Assembly (NCBI GenBank): GCA_005191425.1
Contig: SUPR01000027.1
Location: forward strand, 5,791-37,790
Length of the DNA stretch: 32,000 nucleotides
Direction: 5' to 3'
Source of the DNA: Candidatus Helarchaeota ASGARD archaeon Hel_GB_B
GTDB lineage: Archaea; Asgardarchaeota; Lokiarchaeia; Helarchaeales; HEL-GB-B
Within the stretch, counting starts at the first letter, position 1. Each line of letters opens with the position of its first letter. Under the pieces are notes generated by a model. It was not told where the DNA came from, did not search any database, and saw only the letters and a list, made by a program, of their open reading frames with translations. This document shows, one piece after another, positions 9,050 to 18,579 of the stretch. The position numbers and the translations under genes were made by a program.

Positions 9050-11467
9050 ATGCTTTATAAGCGTCAGATATTAGGTACTAAGATTTCTACAAATCAAAAT
9101 TTTATCAAAACAATTTCGGTTTCTCCTGATGGTAGATATATTATATCTGGTCATTGGGATAATATTATCAAAATTTTTGATATACAAACATGCAGATGTA
9201 CTAAAATTTTAGAAAATCATTCGGATTCAATATATTCTATTGCATTTTCTCCTGATAACAAATATTTTGCTTCAAGCTCTTTTGATAAAACAATTAAGAT
9301 ATGGGAATTGGAAACCGGTAAATGTATCAAAAATTTCAAAGGCCATAACGACTGCGTTAATTCTGTAATTTTTTCTCAAAATGGTAAATATCTTATCAGT
9401 GGCTCTAGAGATAAAACTATAAAAATATGGAATATACAAACAGAAAATTGTATTAAAACATTAAAAGGGCATGTTGGTTCGGTTGAAATAATAATTATGA
9501 CCCACGATGGTTCTAAAATAATCTCTGGTTCAACTGATGGTTCTATCCGGTTATGGAACTTTAAAAATGGTAAGTTAATTGGAACAATACATGATTTCGG
9601 CGTTATAATTTATTCATTAAAAATATCTTCTAATGGAAAATTTCTAATATCTAACTCATTAGATAATATAAAAATCTGGGATTTAGAAGAACTTGAGCTG
9701 ATTTTTACATTAGAACTACATAAAGGACAGATAAATTCATTCACTGTTACATCTGATGGTAAATATTTAATTTGTGGCACTGAAAATGGTCATATTGCTG
9801 TCTGGGATTTTAATAATAAAAATATAATTAATGAATTAGAAGTTAGTAATAGTATTGAAGTGATTGAATCAATTGATAACAAAACTTACAATATAATTTT
9901 AGATCAATGTTTCGCTCATTTAGATGAAAATGGAAATATAGTCCAATGGATTAAATTTAAAAATGATATCATTCAAAACTTTCCAATTTTCCACAAATTA
10001 GATTATGATGAATTTAATTCATTTCTATCTAATTTGACGCATTCTAAAATGTCCATAAATAAGTTAGCCGATGAAATCAAACTTGAAAGAGCCGATATAA
10101 TAAATTTTATTTCCTTCTTAGAAGATCATGAACTAATAAGTGGTCAAATTGATAAAGATAATAATTTTCTTTCTTATCTATATATTCAAGAATCAATTAA
10201 AGAAATTCTAAATTTATCAGGAAAAATTGAAATTGAGAAAATTACGCAAGTTATTGGTATTCCACAAGATATATTATTAAGAATTATGAAAAATATGATA
10301 AAAGAAAATGTATTAAATGGTTTTTTTAACGATCAAGAGTCAATTTTTACTACAAATGAAGAATTTATGTCTAATATTGTCCTTGAATTAAAAAAGAATA
10401 AAATTCTAAACCTAACAAAATTATCTGATGAATTTGGAATTAATAAAGATTATATTTTGAAAATTATTGAAGACTTAAAACAAAGAGGCGATATTCCTCA
10501 AGTTAAAATTTCTGCTGATGTTGTTCAAGTCCTTGAAGAAGAAGTTTTACCACCAATTATAGAACTTAAGCCTGAAGAAATTGTTGAAATTCCTGAAATT
10601 AAAGAAATAACTGAGCCAATCCATGAAAAAACTCAATCTAAAAAAGAGCTAAAAATTACTGCTAAAGAATCTAAAAAAAAGACAAAAGTTGATATTTATA
10701 TAGAAGAAATTAATGAAATATTTCTCAAATTAATAAAAATATTCGAAATCCTAGAAATACCTGCTTTTTACGAAGAAACTGAAAAGTTTTTTAACGAAAT
10801 TTTTAACTTTAACAAATCTACATTAGAAAAATTTACAAATGAAAAGTTTATTTCCGTAATTACTAATTTTCAACAAATTATTAACGAAATTACTTCTAAA
10901 CAAGATAAAATTGAATCAATTCAATGTCATAATTTAGAATTTAAATTTATTTCAATTATTAAGGACTTTTTAAATTATAGTAATAAACAATTAAAAGAGA
11001 TTATCAATAATTTAAAGGAACCCAGTTTTTATAAAGTAATAAATGACGCATTTAATGAATTTGACTACCATTTTATTAAGCAAAATAACTTATATATTGA
11101 AAATATTCTTGATTCCATTATTTTAATTGATAAAAACAATACTATTTTGTTTGATTACAGATTTCGACCAACTTATGATCAAAATTTAACTGAAAAAATA
11201 TTAGATTTAATCAAAAATAAAGAGAAAAATTTAATTCACGAAGAATTTGAAATTTTTGAATTAAAATCTGATACTATCTTTTGTTATCTAAAGAAAATCA
11301 ATGATATTCAATTATTATTAATAACAACTGGACAATTTATACCAAATTACCTCAGTTATATTAATGATCTTGCTTCTGATATTAAAGCAGAATTTAGAGA
11401 CCTCTCAAACTCCGGTAAACAGAAAATAAAAAGTATCATAAAATCCAAATTCTTTTTTAACCTTTAA
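9050..11467 (+). CDS. WD40 beta-propeller / tandem winged-helix / longin-like multidomain protein
   Basis: Six clear WD40 repeats plus a degenerate seventh (e.g. GHNDCVNSVIFSQNGKYLISGSRDKTIKIW). Three WH-like repeats follow (ISINKLADEIKL-type helix pattern ending ISGQID; IEIEKITQVIGI...LNGFFN; LNLTKLSDEFGI), then a Pro/Glu linker. The C-terminus SIILIDKNNTILFDYRF...IFCYLKKINDIQLLLIT resembles a longin fold. Confidence 0.85.
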   Translation: MLYKRQILGTKISTNQNFIKTISVSPDGRYIISGHWDNIIKIFDIQTCRCTKILENHSDSIYSIAFSPDNKYFASSSFDKTIKIWELETGKCIKNFKGHNDCVNSVIFSQNGKYLISGSRDKTIKIWNIQTENCIKTLKGHVGSVEIIIMTHDGSKIISGSTDGSIRLWNFKNGKLIGTIHDFGVIIYSLKISSNGKFLISNSLDNIKIWDLEELELIFTLELHKGQINSFTVTSDGKYLICGTENGHIAVWDFNNKNIINELEVSNSIEVIESIDNKTYNIILDQCFAHLDENGNIVQWIKFKNDIIQNFPIFHKLDYDEFNSFLSNLTHSKMSINKLADEIKLERADIINFISFLEDHELISGQIDKDNNFLSYLYIQESIKEILNLSGKIEIEKITQVIGIPQDILLRIMKNMIKENVLNGFFNDQESIFTTNEEFMSNIVLELKKNKILNLTKLSDEFGINKDYILKIIEDLKQRGDIPQVKISADVVQVLEEEVLPPIIELKPEEIVEIPEIKEITEPIHEKTQSKKELKITAKESKKKTKVDIYIEEINEIFLKLIKIFEILEIPAFYEETEKFFNEIFNFNKSTLEKFTNEKFISVITNFQQIINEITSKQDKIESIQCHNLEFKFISIIKDFLNYSNKQLKEIINNLKEPSFYKVINDAFNEFDYHFIKQNNLYIENILDSIILIDKNNTILFDYRFRPTYDQNLTEKILDLIKNKEKNLIHEEFEIFELKSDTIFCYLKKINDIQLLLITTGQFIPNYLSYINDLASDIKAEFRDLSNSGKQKIKSIIKSKFFFNL

Positions 11468-11749
11468 ATTAACCAATATATTTTATTTATTTAATTTTTT
11501 GACTTATTCATTATTTTTAATGTGTATTTTGAACTTTTTTTCAAATAATATACTCAATGTAGCTATTAATTTTTAATTTATTTATTTGTATAATTTTAAT
11601 TTATTAATTAAAATCTAAAATTGAAATATCATAAATAACTCATAAATTTATTAAATATAAAAAATATTTTTAACAGAATTTAATTAATTGCCATTATTAA
11701 TCAATAAATTAGATATGTTTGGTGCATTAAAATTCCATCTTTTGAGCAA

Positions 11750-13168
11750 ATGGACAAATTTTTCAACCCAGAATCATTAGTAATAATAGGTGCTAGTAGA
11801 AAAAATTGGGGTGCTTCTAATTCTATTTTGACAAGTTTAATCTATAAAAAATATAAAGGAAAAATATATCTAGTCAATGCGAATGCGCGTCATGGTGAGC
11901 AATTAAAGGGATTTCCGCTTTATAAAAATGTAAAGGAAATACCATGCGTCGATTTGGCATATATAATAGTCCCAGGTCGGTTTGTTAAATCAGTAATTGA
12001 AGATTGTATTGAAGTTGGAATAAAAAATGCAAGTATCATATCTGCAGGTTTTAAAGAGTCGTTGTTATACAACAAACAAAAAGTGGAATTAGAGCAAGAA
12101 ATTGTAGAGTTAGCTCGAAAACATGACCTCCGATTTGTTGGCCCTAATTGTAATGGTATTATAAATGTTCCAGAATCATTTTATGCACTTTTTGGCCCCC
12201 GTGTAAAGATTGAGCCTGGGGCATGCTCTTATGTCTCTCGAGGAGGTACTGCCATCGCAAACATCCTTATACAATCATCATTATCTGGTTTCGGCGCTAA
12301 TAAATTAATAAATATTGGTGACCAAGCAGATTTAACTGTCCAAGATTTTATAGAATATTATGATAAGGATCCAACAACAAAAGTTATCGGAGTCTATACA
12401 GAAGGGATTTCTAATGGTACAGAAATGGTTAAAATATTAAAGAATGTCTCTAAACCGGTAATTTTCTATAAATCTGGGCATTCAAATGCAGGAATGCGAG
12501 CTGCACTATCACATGTTGGTGCTATTGCGAAAAAGGGGACTAATGAAATTTATAAGGGGTTTATTAGACAAACTAAAATAATACCTGTTAATAGTATAAT
12601 TGAAATGGTCGATGTTGCAATGGCAATAAGTCTAGCTCCACCACCAAAAGGAAATAGAGTTGGGATTTTCACTTATGGTGGGTCTCTTGGAGTTATGATG
12701 TCTGATGCTGCTGAAGATAATGGACTAATCGTAGGAAAATTGAGTAGAAATCAAATAGAAACTCTAAACAAAATTTTACCTGAATATTGGTCTCATAATA
12801 ATCCTGTCGATGTTACTGATGGAAATGAAGCATATTTACCGCAAAATATTTTGAAAATTTTCAGAATTATTCTTGAAGAATTTGATGCACTTTTTATTGT
12901 AGCTCCTGTATTTGAAGATGATTCCATTTTTGATGTTTCACCAAATGAAGTTAATTTCAGGAAAATGTATCAACAAGTGGTCAAAGATAATATCAAAAAA
13001 TATAAGAAGATAATCGACGAAGTCCAAAAACCAATTTTTGTCCTTGGGGATCGTGGTGAATTCTCTAAGCTTTTTATTAAAAATAACATACCAGTATATC
13101 CAACATTTCAAAGTCTTGCTAGAGCTTATGGGGCATATTATCATTATATCAAAAATAGAGAAAAATAA
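11750..13168 (+). CDS. acdA: ADP-forming acetate/acyl-CoA ligase, alpha subunit
   Basis: CoA-binding domain (FFNPESLVIIGAS, VGPNCNG), phospho-His motif RAALSHVGAIA, GNRVGIFTYGG and NNPVDVT. Confidence 0.9.
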   Translation: MDKFFNPESLVIIGASRKNWGASNSILTSLIYKKYKGKIYLVNANARHGEQLKGFPLYKNVKEIPCVDLAYIIVPGRFVKSVIEDCIEVGIKNASIISAGFKESLLYNKQKVELEQEIVELARKHDLRFVGPNCNGIINVPESFYALFGPRVKIEPGACSYVSRGGTAIANILIQSSLSGFGANKLINIGDQADLTVQDFIEYYDKDPTTKVIGVYTEGISNGTEMVKILKNVSKPVIFYKSGHSNAGMRAALSHVGAIAKKGTNEIYKGFIRQTKIIPVNSIIEMVDVAMAISLAPPPKGNRVGIFTYGGSLGVMMSDAAEDNGLIVGKLSRNQIETLNKILPEYWSHNNPVDVTDGNEAYLPQNILKIFRIILEEFDALFIVAPVFEDDSIFDVSPNEVNFRKMYQQVVKDNIKKYKKIIDEVQKPIFVLGDRGEFSKLFIKNNIPVYPTFQSLARAYGAYYHYIKNREK

Positions 13169-13179
13169 TGCAATCTTGG

Positions 13180-13593
13180 TTAATTTTTATTCTCTATGTT
13201 AATAATTTGAATTAATAATTTTCTATTTCTTGGTCCATCATACTCATTAAAATATATACCTTGCCAAGTCCCCAAGATCAGATTTTTATTTTTTATCATT
13301 ATTAATTGAGAAAATCCTGTTATTATTGACTTGGCATGTGCTGCTGAGTTACCTTCAATATGCTGGTAATCTCCAAAATAGGGGATTAATTTATCAAATA
13401 TTTTTAGAATATCTTTTTTTACTGATGGGTCGGCATTTTCATTAATTGTAATCCCAGCTGTAGTATGTGGGACAAATAAAATACAAAATCCATTTTTAAT
13501 TCCTGATTTTAAGATAATTTCTTGCACATCGTTGGTAATATCAATGATTTCTTCTCTTTCTGAAGTTTTAATTTCAATTTCATAAATTTCCAT
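13180..13593 (-). CDS. yjbQ: YjbQ / UPF0047 family protein
   Basis: Motifs HTTAGITINENADPSV, EGNSAAHAKS and LGTWQGIYFNEYDGPRNR. Start placed at the ATG at 13593, downstream of an SD-like GAGG. Confidence 0.93.
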   Translation of the reverse strand: MEIYEIEIKTSEREEIIDITNDVQEIILKSGIKNGFCILFVPHTTAGITINENADPSVKKDILKIFDKLIPYFGDYQHIEGNSAAHAKSIITGFSQLIMIKNKNLILGTWQGIYFNEYDGPRNRKLLIQIINIENKN

Positions 13594-13957
13594 TTCTAAA
13601 AACCTCAAAATTAATTTTGCTAATTAATAATTTGTTAATTATTATATTCTATTTTTACTAATTTTCAAATCTATAATTCTCAAACTTATTTTTTGCACCA
13701 ATGAATTTAGTAAAATATATTTGTGCAAAGACATAATTAGCAATAACATTTTAAGAAAATCACGAATAAATGTTTAGTTTAAATATTGTTTTTATAATAA
13801 AAAAATTATTATGACTGTAACTAATAATCTTGATAAGGAAATTGTTGAAAAAATTATAAAGGTAAAAGCATTCAAAGAAAAATTTTATAAATTTATATAC
13901 AATACTAAATTTAATTCATCAAATTGAAAATTATCTGTTTTATATGAAGTATCTATT

Positions 13958-14449
13958 TTAAGTTAAATCTACTTCAATCAGAAAATCGCTCTCTTTAGCA
14001 GTAAATCCTTTATATTCAATGATTTCAAAATATTTCTTAAGAATTAAAAAAGAACCTGCACATATTCCAAGAATACTTCCTATAACAAATCCAGAAGCTG
14101 CAAATATATTTGTTATACTAAATATCAACATTAGAATTCCAATAATAAATGTAGTTATTTTAATATCGAATATTATTATTGTCGTCTTTTTGATTAAACA
14201 AACAGTTAAAAATAATAAAATAAAGGAGAATAATCCTCCCCAAAATAATCTTAAACTCATTACTGAATAGTCCCAAATTGCTGGCCCAATTTGATTTAAA
14301 TTCGAATAATAAATATTTGCTAAAAGTAATCTAAAAAATTGCACTTGGTCTAAATAGATTATAACAAACCAGCTAATAAAATCTAAAATAGTTGCTCCAA
14401 ATGCTAAAATAAATGCATTTCTCACATTAAAGATCTTATTTAAATCCAA
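13958..14449 (-). CDS. Small multi-pass membrane protein (DUF6114-like C-terminus)
   Basis: About four hydrophobic segments; motif GILMLIFSITNIFAASGFVIGSILGICAG. TTG start with AGGAG upstream. Confidence 0.75.
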   Translation of the reverse strand: MDLNKIFNVRNAFILAFGATILDFISWFVIIYLDQVQFFRLLLANIYYSNLNQIGPAIWDYSVMSLRLFWGGLFSFILLFLTVCLIKKTTIIIFDIKITTFIIGILMLIFSITNIFAASGFVIGSILGICAGSFLILKKYFEIIEYKGFTAKESDFLIEVDLT

Positions 14450-14502
14450 TTTCTTTATCTCCTTATTTTAAGATTATTATTTTAAATGCACTAAACTGGT
14501 AT

Positions 14503-17124
14503 TTATAAATTATCATTTTCAAATTTTTTAAAATGATTTTTTCCTTTAATTTTTTTCGTTCTTAGATGGTTATAAAAAGTGTGGTATCTTCTTTTATACC
14601 AATTTTCAATTTCATTTATATCTTCATTTGATAACTGATATAATTTATATACAAGATAATCTATTTTTGTTTGTTCATAAATAAAATATGGATATTTTTG
14701 GTCATCATGCTGCTTTTGAATGATTTTGTTGACCAAATCTTCAATCTGATACATTATAGATTTATTATCTTTGTCTATTAAAGGGATTGGAATTTGTTTA
14801 ATTCCACCAACTTGCGTGTGAACAGTTGAATTAATATAATTTTTTAAAAGATATTTCACAAGTTTTGAACATAAAATACCTAAACAAAATTCTAAACTAT
14901 AAAATTCTGTGAAAATTGTCATTCCCATTACATCAAAAACTGAAGAGTGGTTTAATCTAAAGGTCGGGGCGTAAAATCCAGTATCTGAATAGGTAATTCC
15001 TTTTTTAAAATAATATTTAAAATTTTGAAGTCTTGAAGCTATTTTATTAGAGGAAAACAATTCAATCTTGTCTTTTTTACCATAATATCTTTCTCGGTCT
15101 ATTATTGTTAAATTTTTTAATCTATTTATTGCTTCTTTTGACCAATTAATATAATAGTTTGTTGGTACCCAATAATTTGGAAGCCACCCCTCTTTGATAT
15201 TTGATTCAGCACCTTTATCATATGGAATGTATTTTTTACCACCATAATCATTGTCATCAATTCCCAATATATCTCCAGTCTTTTCATAATATCGTCTATA
15301 TTTTTTAGAGAACTCTATCAATTGTTCTCCATTTAAAATTAATTTCTTATCTACGACCTTATAATTTCCATAAACTTTTTCATTACTTTTTCTAATATAA
15401 TATTTATTATCTCCTGTCCCTAATCCTTGTTTTATTATTGATATATCTCCAAATTTTAATAAATTTAAGCGATTTCCATTAAAGATTATTTTATATATTA
15501 ACAATGATTTATTTTTAGATGGAAATGAATGTTTATCACATTCTTGGTCATTCATAAGGGAAAAAATTTTGGGGCTGGCAATAATTATTGGAATTTTCGA
15601 ATATTTTAATAATATTTTTTGCTGGTATTTATAAAAACCCACATTTGTTTTTAAAAAGTTACCATCTAGCCTATCAAAAATTAGTTTACCAAGGATATCT
15701 ATTAAAATATTTTTATTTTTAACTGGAATCCCTGTCAAATCAATTGCTTGAACATCTGAATTTAATCTTAAAAATCTGTTTTTATCACCTGGTAAACTTT
15801 TCAGGATAAATATCGAAGTGTTTACGGTAGCTTCAAATAACCAAATTGGGAGTGATACAATAAAAATTAATCCACAAGAATTTAAAACTCTCCTTCTTAA
15901 AGGTAAATGGCTCTCAATAGTACGCCAAGTATCACTCGTAAGAAAGGATAAATAACCATTCACTTTTAGAAATTCTAATGATTTGACTATAAAAGCTCCA
16001 TAAAGATCCATACTCATTAATCCAAGCTTTTTTGCAGTTTCTTTAGAAATGCCTCTTCCTCTTGCTGCATAAGGTGGATTTCCAATTATAATATCAAATT
16101 TAAATGAGATATTCGAATTATTTATTTTTAAAAAATCAGATCTTAGAAAGTTAAATTTCAAATTTCTAAACTTTAAGTTTCTACTACTTATAAAAAATGG
16201 TAGTAATATCATTAAAGCTGCAATATCCATTGCCTCTTTTTCTATATCAATGCCATATAGAGATTCGTTTATAATTTTAAATTTTATGCGTAATAATTCA
16301 TTTTTATCAATATTATTTGAATTCATAATTATCTTTTTACAATTTAACAAAATTAATGTAATATCTTCTAGAATTGAAATTAAAAAAGTGCCAGTTCCCA
16401 TTGCTGGGTCTAAAACTTTAAAATTATCAAATATCTTTATAATTTTTAAAGCATTTTCTTTATTAATAGTAGAGACATTAACATTTATGTCTTTTGAAAA
16501 TAAAATTTTTATGTCCTCTTTTTCTATGCCTAATTTCTCTTCAATATACCTAATTAATACTTTCTTGGTCAGAAAGTTTGCAATAAATTTATTTGTATAA
16601 TAAATCCCAAATCTTTTTTTCTCCGAACCTTTGTATAATTCATAAATATAACTAAAAATATCTGTACCAATTTTATATTCCTCAAAAATAAAGAATTCCG
16701 TAGAAATTTTATTTCTGGAAAAAAAGTTTAAAACAGAATTCTTCTTATTTGGGTCAAAAATTTCGTTGGGTATAAAAATATTATTAATAATTTTCCATTC
16801 TTCTGGTGTAAAATCGTCAAATCTTAAATCTATTTGATTGAAAAATTTGATATTTGACCATTCTTCTGAAAAATTATCTAAAAATCTTCTCAAAAATAAA
16901 TCAAAATAATTTCCATTATTTTTATTTACCTTAAATCTTTCAAATATGTCAGAAAAGTGTTCTTTTATTATTTTTCTATCCTTAATGAAATAATATAATG
17001 TAATTTTAAATAATAGATCTTTTACAAACTTTAAAATCAATTTCTTATTAGATAAATTTGGGTTATACTTTATTATATTTCTTACAATATTATTGTATAG
17101 GATTTTAATTTCTTTATTTGTCAT
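14503..17124 (-). CDS. N6-adenine DNA methyltransferase, Eco57I/BREX PglX-like
   Basis: Motif I VLDPAMGTGTFL, YGIDI, motif IV IIGNPPY, and DLYGAFIVKSLEFL. The C-terminal region has PglX-like motifs KQGLGTGDN, YDKG, YFKKGITYS, FDVMG and QVGGIKQIPIP. Confidence 0.88.
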   Translation of the reverse strand: MTNKEIKILYNNIVRNIIKYNPNLSNKKLILKFVKDLLFKITLYYFIKDRKIIKEHFSDIFERFKVNKNNGNYFDLFLRRFLDNFSEEWSNIKFFNQIDLRFDDFTPEEWKIINNIFIPNEIFDPNKKNSVLNFFSRNKISTEFFIFEEYKIGTDIFSYIYELYKGSEKKRFGIYYTNKFIANFLTKKVLIRYIEEKLGIEKEDIKILFSKDINVNVSTINKENALKIIKIFDNFKVLDPAMGTGTFLISILEDITLILLNCKKIIMNSNNIDKNELLRIKFKIINESLYGIDIEKEAMDIAALMILLPFFISSRNLKFRNLKFNFLRSDFLKINNSNISFKFDIIIGNPPYAARGRGISKETAKKLGLMSMDLYGAFIVKSLEFLKVNGYLSFLTSDTWRTIESHLPLRRRVLNSCGLIFIVSLPIWLFEATVNTSIFILKSLPGDKNRFLRLNSDVQAIDLTGIPVKNKNILIDILGKLIFDRLDGNFLKTNVGFYKYQQKILLKYSKIPIIIASPKIFSLMNDQECDKHSFPSKNKSLLIYKIIFNGNRLNLLKFGDISIIKQGLGTGDNKYYIRKSNEKVYGNYKVVDKKLILNGEQLIEFSKKYRRYYEKTGDILGIDDNDYGGKKYIPYDKGAESNIKEGWLPNYWVPTNYYINWSKEAINRLKNLTIIDRERYYGKKDKIELFSSNKIASRLQNFKYYFKKGITYSDTGFYAPTFRLNHSSVFDVMGMTIFTEFYSLEFCLGILCSKLVKYLLKNYINSTVHTQVGGIKQIPIPLIDKDNKSIMYQIEDLVNKIIQKQHDDQKYPYFIYEQTKIDYLVYKLYQLSNEDINEIENWYKRRYHTFYNHLRTKKIKGKNHFKKFENDNL

Positions 17125-17415
17125 TCTTTTTTCATTTATTTACATCTGTATTAAAAGAAATTATATTTTTTAAGTTGAACTTAAATAAATTTAGCATAAT
17201 AATTTTAAATTGTTAAATTATTTTAATAATTTATCTAAATTATCGCGACCTAATGTTATTTTAAAGGTTTAGATTTTGAATTAAAATTTTCAATAAGAAC
17301 TTCGAACCACTTAATAATTAATTACATTTAAGAAATCTTTTTATAAAATATGATTCATAAATATTTCAGATTTTATTTTTCTAAAAATAATCGAAAAATA
17401 ACGGAGTTAATAACC

Positions 17416-17943
17416 ATGAATGAAAAAACTGAAATTGTTACAAATTCTGGAGATCCAAAAATGTTCTATAAATGGAAATTAAATAGTTTAATTCTTCGAA
17501 TGGTATATCCTCAAATATTGAGTAATTTTGTTATAAAGTATAATCATGATATTAGTAAAATTAATAAAGCATTACTTAATATCGGAAAAAATTCAGCCCG
17601 TAGAGTTATATCTGAATTTCCAATTAAAGAGTTTAATACAAAAATTCTGATCAGAAAAATAACTTGGAGGCATTGGGGGACTAAATCCATTGTAAAAGGT
17701 AATATTAAAGATGGTGAATTAAAAATAATTGTTAAAAAATGCCCACTTTGTATGGGACTTGCTCCATTGGAGATTGAAGGTCTGCATTATTGCATATCAT
17801 TTGCAGGTTTCTTACAAGGTGCTTTTGAAGTTCTTCAAAAAAAATATAAGAAATTAATCCAAAATAAAATGACTTTTGAGACAATAGAATCAAAAGGTTC
17901 AAATGATCTAAATTGCGTCCATTTATGTAGAATTGAGGAATGA
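17416..17943 (+). CDS. Bet3 (TRAPP)-like / V4R-fold protein
   Basis: By eye it aligns along most of its length with eukaryotic Bet3 as I recall it (see findings). It also has CPLC and [15 protein letters not shown]. Start moved to the ATG at 17416 (GGAG at 17403-17406); the track starts at 17350. Confidence 0.75.
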   Translation: [175 protein letters not shown]

Positions 17944-17946
17944 AAA

Positions 17947-18579
17947 ATGGTTGTTGATAAATTAAATTTTTTTACAAAATTATTAGGTTCATTTGGCGGG
18001 AGATATATATTTAATACTGCGCAAAAAATTAATTTATATACTTGTGGGTTAATTGTTCAAGAAACTATGAAGATATTTATGGACATATATGGAGATTATG
18101 AAATTGGCATAGAAGAATTTAATGAAGCCCTCGCAACTGGTGTTAAAGAAATGATTGCCGATATGTTGGACCAATCTTATTTATTTGGAAAAGGATTGGG
18201 TGATATTGTTTCAAGAACTCCTTCTGATTCTTGTAGTGCAATTGAAATAGGGTTCTGGGCTCTGATGGGTAAGGAATCTAAACAATTAATTGAGAAACCA
18301 ATTTGGGTTCCTTTTGAACAGCCTAATGAATATATTGGTAAATTGGTAGTTGGAATTAAAAGATGCCCATTTTGCTTTGGAATGGACAAAAATATTGAGT
18401 CCAAACTAACTAAAGTTCATTACGGAGATTTTTTTGCCATTATGATCGGAGGTATTCTTCAAGAAATAATGGAATATGTTGGAAACGATTTTGAAATGAT
18501 CTCTAAAGAGACTAAATGCTTTATGCGGGGCGATGAAAAAGGTGAATTAACCATCTATTTCAAACAAAGAAAAAACTAA
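17947..18579 (+). CDS. V4R-domain protein
   Basis: IKRCPFC...HYGDFFAIMIGGILQEI...ETKCFMRGDEKGELTI is a V4R-type C-terminal pattern. It begins 3 nt after the previous stop. Confidence 0.8.
   Translation: MVVDKLNFFTKLLGSFGGRYIFNTAQKINLYTCGLIVQETMKIFMDIYGDYEIGIEEFNEALATGVKEMIADMLDQSYLFGKGLGDIVSRTPSDSCSAIEIGFWALMGKESKQLIEKPIWVPFEQPNEYIGKLVVGIKRCPFCFGMDKNIESKLTKVHYGDFFAIMIGGILQEIMEYVGNDFEMISKETKCFMRGDEKGELTIYFKQRKN

Noticed and set aside
11750-13168. ACD alpha subunit without a beta subunit as a novelty
   Set aside because: Unlinked alpha and beta genes are common in archaea.
17941-17943. TGA as selenocysteine joining the two V4R-fold genes
   Set aside because: The position is an interdomain end, not a Cys-equivalent site. 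The second gene has its own ATG, and I see no SECIS-like GC-rich hairpin.
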